Assembly: GCA_964016885.1 (NCBI GenBank)
Contig: OZ024740.1
Span: 3,596,001 to 3,660,000 of the forward strand
DNA length: 64,000 nucleotides
Reading direction: 5' to 3'
From: Eledone cirrhosa
Lineage: Eukaryota
In this document: positions 13,001-26,900 of the stretch, one piece after another
Layout of the letters: each line of letters opens with the position of its first letter
How positions within the stretch are numbered: the first letter of the stretch is position 1
Made by a program: the position numbers and the translations under genes
Notes under the pieces: model-generated
The model's input: the letters and a program-made list of their open reading frames with translations, nothing else
Told to the model about the DNA's origin: nothing
The model's database searches: none

Positions 13001-16000
13001 GGACAGTCAGTGGTTTACTGGACAGTCAGTGGTTTACAGGACTGTCAGTGGTTTACAGGACTGTCAGTGGTTTACTGGACAGTCAGTGGTTTACAGGACT
13101 GTCACTGGTTTACTGGACAGTCAGTGGTTTAGAGGACAGTCAGGGGTTTACTGGACAGTCAGTGGTTTACAGGACAGTCAGTTCTTCACAGGACTGTCAG
13201 TGGTTTACTGGACAGTCAGTGGTTTACTGGACAGTCAGTGGTTTACTGGACTGTCAGTGGTTTACTGGACAGTCAGTGGTGTACTGGACTCTCAGTGGTT
13301 TACTGGACAGTCAGTGGTTTACTGGACAGTCAGTGGTTTACTGGACAGTCAGTGGTTTACAGGACTGTCAGTGGTTTACTGGACAGTCAGTGGGTTTACA
13401 GGACAGTCAGTGGTTTACTGGACAATCAGTGGGTATACAGGACAGTCAGTGGGTTTACAGGACAACCAGTGGGTTTACAGGATTGTCAGTGGTTTATTGG
13501 ACAGTCAGAGGTTTACTGGACAGTCAGTGGTTTACTGGACTTCAGTGGTTTACAGGACTGTCAGTGGTTTACTGGACAGTCAGGGGTTTACAGTACTGTC
13601 AGTGGTTTACTGGACAGTCAGTGGTTTATAGGACAGTCAGTGGTATACAGGACTCTCAGTGGTTTACAGGACTGTCAGTGGTTTACTGGACAGTCAGTGG
13701 TTTACTGGACAGTCAGTGGTTTACAGGACGGTCAGTGGTATACAGTACTGTCAGTGGTTTACAGGACTGTCAGTGGTTTACTGGACAGTCAGTGGTTTAC
13801 TGGACAGTCAGTGGTTTACTGGACAGTCAGTGGTTTACAGGACTGTCAGTGGTTTACAGGACTGTCAGTGGTATACTGGACAGTCTGAGGTTTACTGGAC
13901 AGTCAGTGGTTTACTGGACTTCAGTGGTTTACAGGACTGTCAGTGGTTTACTGGACAGTCAGGGGTTTATTGGACTGTCAGTGGTTTACTGGACAGTCAG
14001 TGGTTTACAGGACTGTCAGTGGTTTACTGGACAGTCAGTGGTTTACTGGACAGTCAGTTGTTTACTGGACACTCAGTGGTTTACTGGACAGTCAGTGGTT
14101 TACAGGACAGTCAGTGATTTACTTGACAGTCAGTGGTTTACTGGACAGTCAGTGGTTTACAGGACAGACAGTGGTTTACTGGACATTCAGTGGTTTACTG
14201 GACTGTCAGTGGATTACTGGACATTCAGGGGTTTACAGGACTGTCAGTGGTTTACAGGATAGTCAGTGGTTTACTGGACACTCAGTGGTTTACTGGACAG
14301 TCAGTGGTTTACAGGACAGTCAGTGCTTTATAGGACAGTCAGTGGAATACAGGAATGTCAGTGGTTTACTGGACAGTCAGTGGTTTACAGGACTGTCAGT
14401 GGTTTACTGGACAGTCAGTGGTTTACTGGACAGTCAGTAGTTTACTGGACAGTCAGTGGTTTACAGGACTGTCAGTGGTTTACAGGACAGTCAGGGGCTT
14501 ACTGGACAGTCAGTGGTTTACTGGACAGTCAGTGGTTTACAGGACTGTCAGTGGTTTACTGGACAGTCAGTGGTTTACTGGACAATCAGTGGTTTACTGG
14601 ACAGTCAGTGGTTTACAGGACTGTCAATGGTTTACAGGATTGTCAGTGGTTTACAGGAGTCAGTGGTTTACTGGACAGTCAGTGGTTTACAGGACTGTCA
14701 GTGGTTTACAGGACAGTCAGTGGATTACAGGACAGTCAGTGGTTTACTGGACAGTCAGTGGTTTACTGGACAGTCAGTTGTTTACTGGACACTCAGTGGT
14801 TTACTGGACAGTCAGTGGTTTACAGGACAGTCAGTGATTTACTTGACAGTCAGTGGTTTACTGGACAGTCAGTGGTTTACAGGACAGACAGTGGTTTACT
14901 GGACATTCAGTGGTTTACTGGACTGTCAGTGGATTACTGGACATTCAGGGGTTTACAGGACTGTCAGTGGTTTACAGGATAGTCAGTGGTTTACTGGACA
15001 CTCAGTGGTTTACTGGACAGTCAGTGGTTTACAGGACAGTCAGTGCTTTATAGGACAGTCAGTGGTATACAGGACTGTCAGTGGTTTACTGGACAGTCAG
15101 TGGTTTACAGGACTGTCAGTGGTTTACAGGATTGTCAGTGGTTTACAGGACAGTCAGTGGTTTACTGGACAGTCAGTGGTTTACAGGACAGTCAGTGGTT
15201 TACTGGACAGTCAGTGGTTTACTGTACTGTCAGTGGTTTACAGGACTGTCAGTGGTTTACTGGACAGTCAGTGGTTTACTGGACAGTCAGTGGTTTACTG
15301 GACAGTCAGTGGTTTACTGGACAGTCAGTGGTTTACAGGACTGTCAGTGGTTTACAGGACTGTCAGAGGTTTACTGGACAGTCAGGGGTTTACTGGACAG
15401 TCAGTGGTTTACTGGACTGTCAGTGGTTTACTGGACAGTCAGGGGTTTACTGGACTGTCAGTGGTTTACTGGACAGTCAGGGGTTTACTGGACAGTCAGT
15501 GGTTTACTGGACTGTCATTGGTTTACAGGACTGTCAGTGGTTTACAGGACTGTCAGTGGTTTACAGGACTGTCAGTGGTTTACAGGACTGTCAGTGGTTT
15601 ACAGGACAGTCAGTGGTTTACAGGACTGTCAGTAGTTTACAGGACTGTCAGTGGTTTACAGGACAGTCAGTAGTTTACAGGACAGCCAGTGGTTTACTGG
15701 ACAGTCAGTGGATTACAGGACAGTCAGTGGTTTACTGGACAGTCAGTGGTTTACTGGACAGTCAGTGGTTTACAGGACAGTCAGTGGTTTACAGGACAGT
15801 CAGTAGTTTACTGGACAGTCAGTGGTTTACTGGACAGTCAGTGGTTTACAGGACTGTCAGTGGTTCACAGGACTGTCAGTGGTTTACTGGACAGTCAGTG
15901 GTTTACAGGACAGTCAGTAGTTTACTGGACAGTCAGTGGTTTACTGGACAGTCAGTGGTTTACAGGACTGTCAGTGGTTCACAGGACTGTCACTGGTTTA

Positions 16001-19000
16001 CTGGACAGTCAGTGGTTTACAGGACAGTCAGGGGTTTACTGGACAGTCAGTGGTTTACAGGACAGTCAGTTCTTCACAGGACTGTCAGTGGTTTACTGGA
16101 CAGTCAGTGGTTTACTGGACAGTCAGTGGTTTACTGGACAGTCAGTGGTTTACTGGACTGTCAGTGGTTTACTGGACAGTCAGTGGTGTACTGGACTGTC
16201 AGTGGTTTACTGGACAGTCAGTGGTTTACTGGACAGTCAGTGGTTTACTGGACAGTCAGTGGTTTACAGGACTGTCAGTGGTTTACTGGACAGTCAGTGG
16301 GTTTACAGGACAGTCAGTGGTTTACAGGACAGTCAGTGTTTTACTGGACAGTCAGTGGTTTACTGGACAGTTAGTGGTTTACAGGACTGTCAGTGGTTTA
16401 CTGGACAGTCAGTGGTTTACAGGACTGTCAGTGATTTACTGGACAGTCAGTGGTTTACTGGACAGTCAGTGGTTTACTGGACAGTCAGTGGTTTACAGGA
16501 CAGTCAGTGGTTTACAGGACTGTCAGTGATTTACTGGACAGTCAGTGGTTTACTGGACAGTCAGTGGTTTACTGGACAGTCAGTGGTTTACAGGACAGTC
16601 AGTGGTTTACTGGACAGTCAGTGGTTTACTGGACTGTCAGTGGTTTACAGGACTGTCAGTGGTTTACTGGACACTCAGTGGTTTACTGGACAGTCAGTGG
16701 TTTACTGGACAGTCAGTGGTTTACAGGACTGTCAGTGGCTTACAGGACTGTCAGAGGTTTACTGGACAGTCAGGGGTTTACTGGACAGTCAGTGGTTTAC
16801 TGGACTGTCAGTGGTTTACTGGACAGTCAGGGGGTTACTGGACTGTCAGTGGTTTACTGGACAGTCAGGGGTTTACTGGACAGTCAGTGGTTTACAGGAC
16901 CGTCAGTGGTTTACAGGACTGTTAGTGGTTTACTGGACTGTCAGTGGTTTACTGGACAGTCAGGGGTTTACTGGACAGTCAGTGGTTTACTGGACTGTCA
17001 TTGGTTTACAGGACTGTCAGTGGTTTACAGGACTGTCAGTGGTTTACAGGACTGTCAGTGGTTTACAGGACAGTCAGTGGTTTACAGGACAGTCAGTGGT
17101 TTACAGGACAGTCAGTGGTTTACAGGACAGTCTGTAGTTTACAGGACAGCCAGTGGTTTACTGGACAGTCAGTGGGTTACAGGACAGTCAGTGGTTTACT
17201 GGACAGTCAGTGGTTTACTGGACAGTCAGTGGTTTACAGGACAGTCAGTGGTTTACAGGACAGTCAGTAGTTTACTGGACAGTCAGTGGATATACAGAAC
17301 AATCAGTGTGTTTACAGGACAGTCAGTGTGTTTACAGGACAGCCAGTACATTAACAGGACAGTCAGTGGGTTTAGTGGACAGTCAGTGGTTTACTGGACA
17401 GTCAGTGGTTTACTGGACAGTCAGTGGTTTACAGGACTGTCAGTGGTTTACAGGACAGTCAGGGGTTTACAGGACAGTCAGTGGTTTACTGGACAGTCAG
17501 TGGTTTACTGGATAGTCAGTGGTTTACAGGACAGTCAGTGGTTTACTGGACAGTCAGTGGTTTACAGGACAGTCAGGGGTTTACTGGACAGTCAGTGGTT
17601 TGCAGGATTGTCAGTGGTTTACAGGACAGTCAGTGGTTTACTTGACAGTCAGTGGTTTACTGGACAGTCAGTGGTTTACAGGACTGTCAGTGGTTTACGT
17701 GACAGTCAGTGGTTTACTGGACAGTCAGTGGTTTACTGGACAGTCAGTGGTTTACTGGACAGTCAGTGGTTTACAGGACTGTCAGTGGTTTACAGGACTG
17801 TCAGATGTTTACTGGACTTTCAGGGGTTTACTGGACAGTCAGTGGTTTAATGGACAGTCAGTGGTTTACAGGACTGTCAGTGGTTTACAGGACTGTCAGT
17901 GGTTTACGTGACAGTCAGTGGTTTACTGGACAGTCAGTGGTTTACTGGACAGTCAGTGGTTTACAGGACAGTCAGTGGTTTACAGGACTGTCAGTGGTTT
18001 ACAGAACTGTCAGAGGTTTACTGGACAATCAGTGGTTTACTGGACAGTCAGTGGTTTACTGGACTGTCAGTGGTTTACTGGACAGTAAGGGGTTTGCAGG
18101 ACAGTCAGTGGTTTACTGGACAGTCAGTAGTTTATAGGACAGTCAGTGGTATACAGGACTGTCGGTGGTTTACAGGACTGTCAGTGGTTTACTGGACAGT
18201 CAGTGGTTTACTGGACAGTCAGTTGTTTACTGGACAGTCAGTGGTTTACTGGACTGTCAGTGGTTTACAGGACAGTCATTGGTTTACAGGACAGTCAGTG
18301 GTATACAGGACTGTCAGTGGTTTACAGGACTGTCAGCGGTTTACTGGACCGTCAGTGGTTTACTGGACAGTCAGTGGTTTACTGGACAGTCAGTGGTTTA
18401 CTGGACAGTCAGTGGTTTACAGGACAGTCAGTGGTTTACAGGACAGTCAGTGGTTTAATGGACAGTCAGTGGTTTACTGGACTGTCAGTGGTTTACAGGA
18501 CAGTCAGTGGTTTACAGGACAGTCAGTTGTTTACTGGACAGTCACTGGTTTACAGGACTGTCAGTGGTTTACTGGACAGTCAGTGGTTTACTGGACAGTC
18601 AGTTGTTTACTGGACACTCAGTGGTTTACTGGACAGTCAGTGGTTTACAGGACAGTCAGTGATTTACTTGACAGTCAGTGGTTTACTGGACAGTCAGTGG
18701 TTTACAGGACAGACAGTGGTTTACTGGACATTCAGTGGTTTACTGGACTGTCAGTGGATTACTGGACATTCAGGGGTTTACAGGACTGTCAGTGGTTTAC
18801 AGGATAGTCAGTGGTTTACTGTACACTCAGTGGTTTACTGGACAGTCAGTGGTTTACAGGACAGTCAGTGGTTTACAGGATAGTCAGTGGTTTACTGGAC
18901 AGTCAGTGGTTTACAGGACAGTCAGTGGTTTACAGGACAGTCAGTGTTTTACTGGACAGTCAGTGGTTTACTGGACAGTTAGTGGTTTACAGGACTGTCA

Positions 19001-19094
19001 GTGGTTTACTGGACAGTCAGTGGTTTACAGGACTGTCAGTGGTTTACTGGACATTCAGTGGTTTACTGGACAGTCAGTAGTTTACTGGACAGTC

Positions 19095-22000
19095 AGTGGT
19101 TTACAGGACTGTCAGTGGTTTACAGGACAGTCAGGGGCTTACTGGACAGTCAGTGGTTTACTGGACAGTCAGTGGTTTACTGGACAGTCAGTGGTTTACT
19201 GGACAGTCAGTGGTTTACTGGACAGTCAGTGGTTTACTGGACAGTTAGTGGTTTACAGGACTGTCAGTGGTTTACTGGACAGTCAGTCGTTTACTGGACA
19301 GTCAGTGGTTTACTGGACAGTTAGTGGTTTACAGGACTGTCAGTGGTTTACTGGACAGTCAGTGGTTTACAGGACTGTCAGTGATTTACTGGACAGTCAG
19401 TGGTTTACTGGACAGTCACTGGTTTACTGGACAGTCAGTGGTTTATAGGACTGTCAGTGATTTACAGGACTGTCAGTGGTTTACTGGACAGTCAGTGGTT
19501 TACTGGACAGTCAGTGGTTTACTGGACAGTCAGTGGTTTACAGGACAGTCAGTGGTTTACTGGACAGTCAGTGGTTTACTGGACTGTCAGTGGTTTACAG
19601 GACTGTCAGTGGTTAAACTGGACAGTCAGTGGATTACTGGACAGTCAGTGGTTTACTGGACAGTCAGTGGTTTACTGGACAGTCAGTGGTTTACAGGACT
19701 GTCAGTGGTTTACAGGACTGTCAGAGTTTTACTAGACAGTCAGGGGTTTACTGGACAGTCAGTGGTTTACTGGACTGTCAGTGGTTTACTGGACAGTCAG
19801 GGGTTTACTGGACTGTCAGTGGTTTACTGGACAGTCAGGGGTTTACTGGACAGTCAGTGGTTTACAGGACTGTCAGTGGTTTACAGGACTGTTAGTGGTT
19901 TACTGGACTGTCAGTGGTTTACTGGTCAGTCAGGGGTTTACAGGAGAGTCAGTGGTTTACTGGACTGTCAGTGGTTTACAGGACTGTCAGTGGTTTACAG
20001 GACTGTCAGTGGTTTACAGGACAGTCAGTGGTTTACAGGACAGTCAGTGGTTTACAGGACGGTCAGTGGTTTACAGGACAGTCAGTAGTTTACAGAACAG
20101 CCAGTGGTTTACTGGACAGTCAGTGGATTACAGGACAGTCAGTGGTTTACTGGACAGTCAGTGGTTTACTGGACAGTCAGTGGTTTACAGGACAGTCAGT
20201 GGTTTACAGGACAGTCAGTAGTTTACTGGACAGTCAGTGTGTTTACAGGACAGCCAGTACATTAACAGGAGAGTCAGTGGGTTTAGTGGACAGTCAGTGG
20301 TTTACTGGACAGTCAGTGGTTTACTGGACAGTCAATGGTTTACAGGACTGTCAGTGGTTTACAGGACAGTCAGGGGTTTACAGGACAGTCAGTGGTTTAC
20401 TGGACAGTCAGTGGTTTACTGGACAGTCAGTGGTTTACAGGACAGTCAGGGGTTTACTGGACAGTCAGTGGTTTGCAGGATTGTCAGTGGTTTACAGGAC
20501 AGTCAGTGGTTTACTTGACAGTCAGTGGTTTACTGGACAGTCAGTGGTTTACAGGACTGTCAGTGGTTTACGTGACAGTCAGTGGTTTACTGGACAGTCA
20601 GTGGTTTACTGGACAGTCAGTGGTTTACTGGACAGTCAGTGGTTTACAGGACTGTCAGTGGTTTACAGGACTGTCAGATGTTTACTGGACTTTCAGGGGT
20701 TTACTGGACAGTCAGTGGTTTAATGGACAGTCAGTGGTTTACAGGACTGTCAGTGGTTTACAGGACTGTCAGTGGTTTACGTGACAGTCAGTGGTTTACT
20801 GGACAGTCAGTTGTTTACTGGACAGTCAGTGGTTTACTGGACTGTCAGTGGTTTACAGGACAGTCATTGGTTTACAGGACAGTCAGTGGTATACAGGACT
20901 GTCAGTGGTTTACAGGACTGTCAGCGGTTTACTGGACCGTCAGAGGTTTACTGGACAGTCAGTGGTTTACTGGACAGTCAGTGGTTTACTGGACAGTCAG
21001 TGGTTTACAGGACAGTCAGTGGTTTACAGGACAGTCAGTGGTTTACTGGACAGTCAGTGGTTTACTGGACTGTCAGTGGTTTACAGGACAGTCAGTGGTT
21101 TACAGGACAGTCAGTTGTTTACTGGACAGTCACTGGTTTACAGGACTGTCAGTGGTTTACTGGACAGTCAGTGGTTTACTGGACAGTCAGTTGTTTACTG
21201 GACACTCAGTGGTTTACTGGACAGTCAGTGGTTTACAGGACAGTCAGTGATTTACTTGACAGTCAGTGGTTTACTTGACAGTCAGTGGTTTACAGGACAG
21301 ACAGTGGTTTACTGGACATTCAGTGGTTTACTGGACTGTCAGTGGATTACTGGACATTCAGGGGTTTACAGGACTGTCAGTGGTTTACAGGATAGTCAGT
21401 GGTTTACTGTACACTCAGTGGTTTACTGGACAGTCAGTGGTTTACAGGACAGTCAGTGGTTTACAGGATAGTCAGTGGTTTACTGGACAGTCAGTGGTTT
21501 ACAGGACAGTCAGTGGTTTACAGGACTGTCAGTGGTTTACAGGACAGTCAGGGGCTTACTGGACAGTCAGTGGTTTACTGGACAGTCAGTGGTTTACTGG
21601 ACAGTCAGTGGTTTACTGGACAGTCAGTGGTTTACTGGACAGTCAGTGGTTTACTGGACAGTTAGTGGTTTACAGGACTGTCAGTGGTTTACTGGACAGT
21701 CAGTCGTTTACTGGACAGTCAGTGGTTTACTGGACAGTTAGTGGTTTACAGGACTGTCAGTGGTTTACTGGACAGTCAGTGGTTTACAGGACTGTCAGTG
21801 ATTTACTGGACAGTCAGTGGTTTACTGGACAGTCACTGGTTTACTGGACAGTCAGTGGTTTATAGGACTGTCAGTGATTTACAGGACTGTCAGTGGTTTA
21901 CTGGACAGTCAGTGGTTTACTGGACAGTCAGTGGTTTACTGGACAGTCAGTGGTTTACAGGACAGTCAGTGGTTTACTGGACAGTCAGTGGTTTACTGGA

Positions 22001-23930
22001 CTGTCAGTGGTTTACAGGACTGTCAGTGGTTAAACTGGACAGTCAGTGGATTACTGGACAGTCAGTGGTTTACTGGACAGTCAGTGGTTTACTGGACAGT
22101 CAGTGGTTTACAGGACTGTCAGTGGTTTACAGGACTGTCAGAGTTTTACTAGACAGTCAGGGGTTTACTGGACAGTCAGTGGTTTACTGGACTGTCAGTG
22201 GTTTACTGGACAGTCAGGGGTTTACTGGACTGTCAGTGGTTTACTGGACAGTCAGGGGTTTACTGGACAGTCAGTGGTTTACAGGACTGTCAGTGGTTTA
22301 CAGGACTGTTAGTGGTTTACTGGACTGTCAGTGGTTTACTGGTCAGTCAGGGGTTTACAGGAGAGTCAGTGGTTTACTGGACTGTCAGTGGTTTACAGGA
22401 CTGTCAGTGGTTTACAGGACTGTCAGTGGTTTACAGGACAGTCAGTGGTTTACAGGACAGTCAGTGGTTTACAGGACGGTCAGTGGTTTACAGGACAGTC
22501 AGTAGTTTACAGAACAGCCAGTGGTTTACTGGACAGTCAGTGGATTACAGGACAGTCAGTGGTTTACTGGACAGTCAGTGGTTTACTGGACAGTCAGTGG
22601 TTTACAGGACAGTCAGTGGTTTACAGGACAGTCAGTAGTTTACTGGACAGTCAGTGTGTTTACAGGACAGCCAGTACATTAACAGGAGAGTCAGTGGGTT
22701 TAGTGGACAGTCAGTGGTTTACTGGACAGTCAGTGGTTTACTGGACAGTCAATGGTTTACAGGACTGTCAGTGGTTTACAGGACAGTCAGGGGTTTACAG
22801 GACAGTCAGTGGTTTACTGGACAGTCAGTGGTTTACTGGACAGTCAGTGGTTTACAGGACAGTCAGGGGTTTACTGGACAGTCAGTGGTTTGCAGGATTG
22901 TCAGTGGTTTACAGGACAGTCAGTGGTTTACTTGACAGTCAGTGGTTTACTGGACAGTCAGTGGTTTACAGGACTGTCAGTGGTTTACGTGACAGTCAGT
23001 GGTTTACTGGACAGTCAGTGGTTTACTGGACAGTCAGTGGTTTACTGGACAGTCAGTGGTTTACAGGACTGTCAGTGGTTTACAGGACTGTCAGATGTTT
23101 ACTGGACTTTCAGGGGTTTACTGGACAGTCAGTGGTTTAATGGACAGTCAGTGGTTTACAGGACTGTCAGTGGTTTACAGGACTGTCAGTGGTTTACGTG
23201 ACAGTCAGTGGTTTACTGGACAGTCAGTTGTTTACTGGACAGTCAGTGGTTTACTGGACTGTCAGTGGTTTACAGGACAGTCATTGGTTTACAGGACAGT
23301 CAGTGGTATACAGGACTGTCAGTGGTTTACAGGACTGTCAGCGGTTTACTGGACCGTCAGAGGTTTACTGGACAGTCAGTGGTTTACTGGACAGTCAGTG
23401 GTTTACTGGACAGTCAGTGGTTTACAGGACAGTCAGTGGTTTACAGGACAGTCAGTGGTTTACTGGACAGTCAGTGGTTTACTGGACTGTCAGTGGTTTA
23501 CAGGACAGTCAGTGGTTTACAGGACAGTCAGTTGTTTACTGGACAGTCACTGGTTTACAGGACTGTCAGTGGTTTACTGGACAGTCAGTGGTTTACTGGA
23601 CAGTCAGTTGTTTACTGGACACTCAGTGGTTTACTGGACAGTCAGTGGTTTACAGGACAGTCAGTGATTTACTTGACAGTCAGTGGTTTACTTGACAGTC
23701 AGTGGTTTACAGGACAGACAGTGGTTTACTGGACATTCAGTGGTTTACTGGACTGTCAGTGGATTACTGGACATTCAGGGGTTTACAGGACTGTCAGTGG
23801 TTTACAGGATAGTCAGTGGTTTACTGTACACTCAGTGGTTTACTGGACAGTCAGTGGTTTACAGGACAGTCAGTGGTTTACAGGATAGTCAGTGGTTTAC
23901 TGGACAGTCAGTGGTTTACAGGACAGTCAG
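19095..23930. repeat. Near-identical tandem duplication of a 2417-bp block within the satellite
   Basis: Ten ORF-track entries recur with apparently identical translations at +2417 (e.g. 19267/21684, 19914/22331, 20791/23208). Private variants such as ggttaaactgg and cagccagtacattaac (20251/22668) recur at the same offset. Confidence 0.9.
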
Positions 23931-26900
23931 TGGTTTACAGGACAGTCAGTGTTTTACTGGACAGTCAGTGGTTTACTGGATAGTTAGTGGTTTACAGGAC
24001 TGTCAGTGGTTTACTGGACAGTCAGTGGTTTACAGGACTGTCAGTGGTTTACTGGACATTCAGTGGTTTACTGGACAGTCAGTAGTTTACTGGACAGTCA
24101 GTGGTTTACAGGACTGTCAGTGGTTTACAGGACAGTCAGGGGCTTACTGGACAGTCAGTGGTTTACTGGACAGTCAGTGGTTTACAGGACTGTCAGTGGT
24201 TTACTGGACAGTCAGTGGTTTACTGGACAGTTAGTGGTTTACAGGACTGTCAGTGGTTTACTGGACAGTCAGTCGTTTACTGGACAGTCAGTGGTTTACT
24301 GGACTGTCAGTGGTTTACAGGACAGTCAGGGGCTTACTGGAGAGTCAGTGGTTTACTGGACAGTCAGTGGTTTACAGGACTGTCAGTGGTTTACTGGACA
24401 GTCAGTGGTTTACTGGACAGTCAGTGGTTTACTGGACAGTCAGTGGTTTACTGGACAGTCAGTGGTTTACTGGACAGTTAGTGGTTTACAGGACTGTCAG
24501 TGGTTTACTGGACAGTCAGTCATTTACTGGACAGTCAGTGGTTTACTGGACAGTTAGTGGTTTACAGGACTGTCAGTGGTTTACTGGACAGTCAGTGGTT
24601 TACAGGACTGTCAGTGATTTACTGGACAGTCAGTGGTTTACTGGACAGTCACTGGTTTACTGGACAGTCAGTGGTTTACAGGACTGTCAGTGATTTACAG
24701 GACTGTCAGTGGTTTACTGGACAGTCAGTGGTTTACTGGACAGTCAGTGGTTTACTGGACAGTCAGTGGTTTACAGGACAGTCAGTGGTTTACTGGACAG
24801 TCAGTGGTTTACTGGACTGTCAGTGGTTTACAGGACTGTCAGTGGTTTACTGGACAGTCAGTGGATTACTGGACAGTCAGTGGTTTACTGGACAGTCAGT
24901 GGTTTACTGGACAGTCAGTGGTTTACAGGACTGTCAGTGGTTTACAGGACTGTCAGAGTTTTACTGGACAGTCAGGGGTTTACTGGACAGTCAGTGGTTT
25001 ACTGGACTGTCAGTGGTTTACTGGACAGTCAGGGGTTTACTGGACTGTCAGTGGTTTACTGGACAGTCAGGGGTTTACTGGACAGTCAGTGGTTTACAGG
25101 ACTGTCAGTGGTTTACAGGACTGTTAGTGGTTTACTGGACTGTCAGTGGTTTACTGGTCAGTCAGGGGTTTACTGGAGAGTCAGTGGTTTACTGGACTGT
25201 CAGTGGTTTACAGGACTGTCAGTGGTTTACAGGACTGTCAGTGGTTTACAGGACAGTCAGTGGTTTACAGGACAGTCAGTGGTTTACAGGACAGTCAGTG
25301 GTTTACAGGACAGTCAGTAGTTTACAGAACAGCCAGTGGTTTACTGGACAGTCAGTGGATTACAGGACAGTCAGTGGTTTACTGGACAGTCAGTGGTTTA
25401 CTGGACAGTCAGTGGTTTACAGGACAGTCAGTGGTTTACAGGACAGTCAGTAGTTTACTGGACAGTCAGTGTGTTTACAGGACAGCCAGTACATTAACAG
25501 GACAGTCAGTGGGTTTAGTGGACAGTCAGTGGTTTACTGGACAGTCAGTGGTTTACTGGACAGTCAGTGGTTTACAGGACTGTCAGTGGTTTACAGGACA
25601 GTCAGGGGTTTACAGGACAGTCAGTGGTTTACTGGACAGTCAGTGGTTTACTGGATAGTCAGTGGTTTACAGGACAGTCAGTGGTTTACTGGACAGTCAG
25701 TGGTTTACAGGACAGTCAGGGGTTTACTGGACAGTCAGTGGTTTGCAGGATTGTCAGTGGTTTACAGGACAGTCAGTGGTTTACTTGACAGTCAGTGGTT
25801 TACTGGACAGTCAGTGGTTTACAGGACTGTCAGTGGTTTACGTGACAGTCAGTGGTTTACTGGACAGTCAGTGGTTTACTGGACAGTCAGTGGTTTACTG
25901 GACAGTCAGTGGTTTACAGGACTGTCAGTGGTTTACAGGACTGTCAGATGTTTACTGGACTTTCAGGGGTTTACTGGACAGTCAGTGGTTTAATGGACAG
26001 TCAGTGGTTTACAGGACTGTCAGTGGTTTACAGGACTGTCAGTGGTTTACGTGACAGTCAGTGGTTTACTGGACAGTCAGTTGTTTACTGGACAGTCAGT
26101 GGTTTACTGGACTGTCAGTGGTTTACAGGACAGTCATTGGTTTACAGGACAGTCAGTGGTATACAGGACTGTCAGTGGTTTACAGGACTGTCAGCAGTTT
26201 ACTGGACCGTCAGTGGTTTACTGGACAGTCAGTGGTTTACTGGACAGTCAGTGGTTTACTGGACAGTCAGTGGTTTACAGGACAGTCAGTGGTTTACAGG
26301 ACAGTCAGTGGTTTACTGGACAGTCAGTGGTTTACTGGACTGTCAGTGGTTTACAGGACAGTCAGTGGTTTACAGGACAGTCAGTTGTTTACTGGACAGT
26401 TACTGGTTTACAGGACTGTCAGTGGTTTACTGGACAGTCAGTGGTTTACTGGACAGTCAGTTGTTTACTGGACACTCAGTGGTTTACTGGACAGTCAGTG
26501 GTTTACAGGACAGTCAGTGATTTACTTGACAGTCAGTGGTTTACTGGACAGTCAGTGGTTTACAGGACAGACAGTGGTTTACTGGACATTCAGTGGTTTA
26601 CTGGACTGTCAGTGGATTACTGGACATTCAGGGGTTTACAGGACTGTCAGTGGTTTACAGGATAGTCAGTGGTTTACTGTACACTCAGTGGTTTACTGGA
26701 CAGTCAGTGGTTTACAGGACAGTCAGTGGTTTACAGGATAGTCAGTGGTTTACTGGACAGTCAGTGGTTTACAGGACAGTCAGTGGTTTACAGGACAGTC
26801 AGTGTTTTACTGGACAGTCAGTGGTTTACTGGACAGTTAGTGGTTTACAGGACTGTCAGTGGTTTACTGGACAGTCAGTGGTTTACAGGACTGTCAGTGG

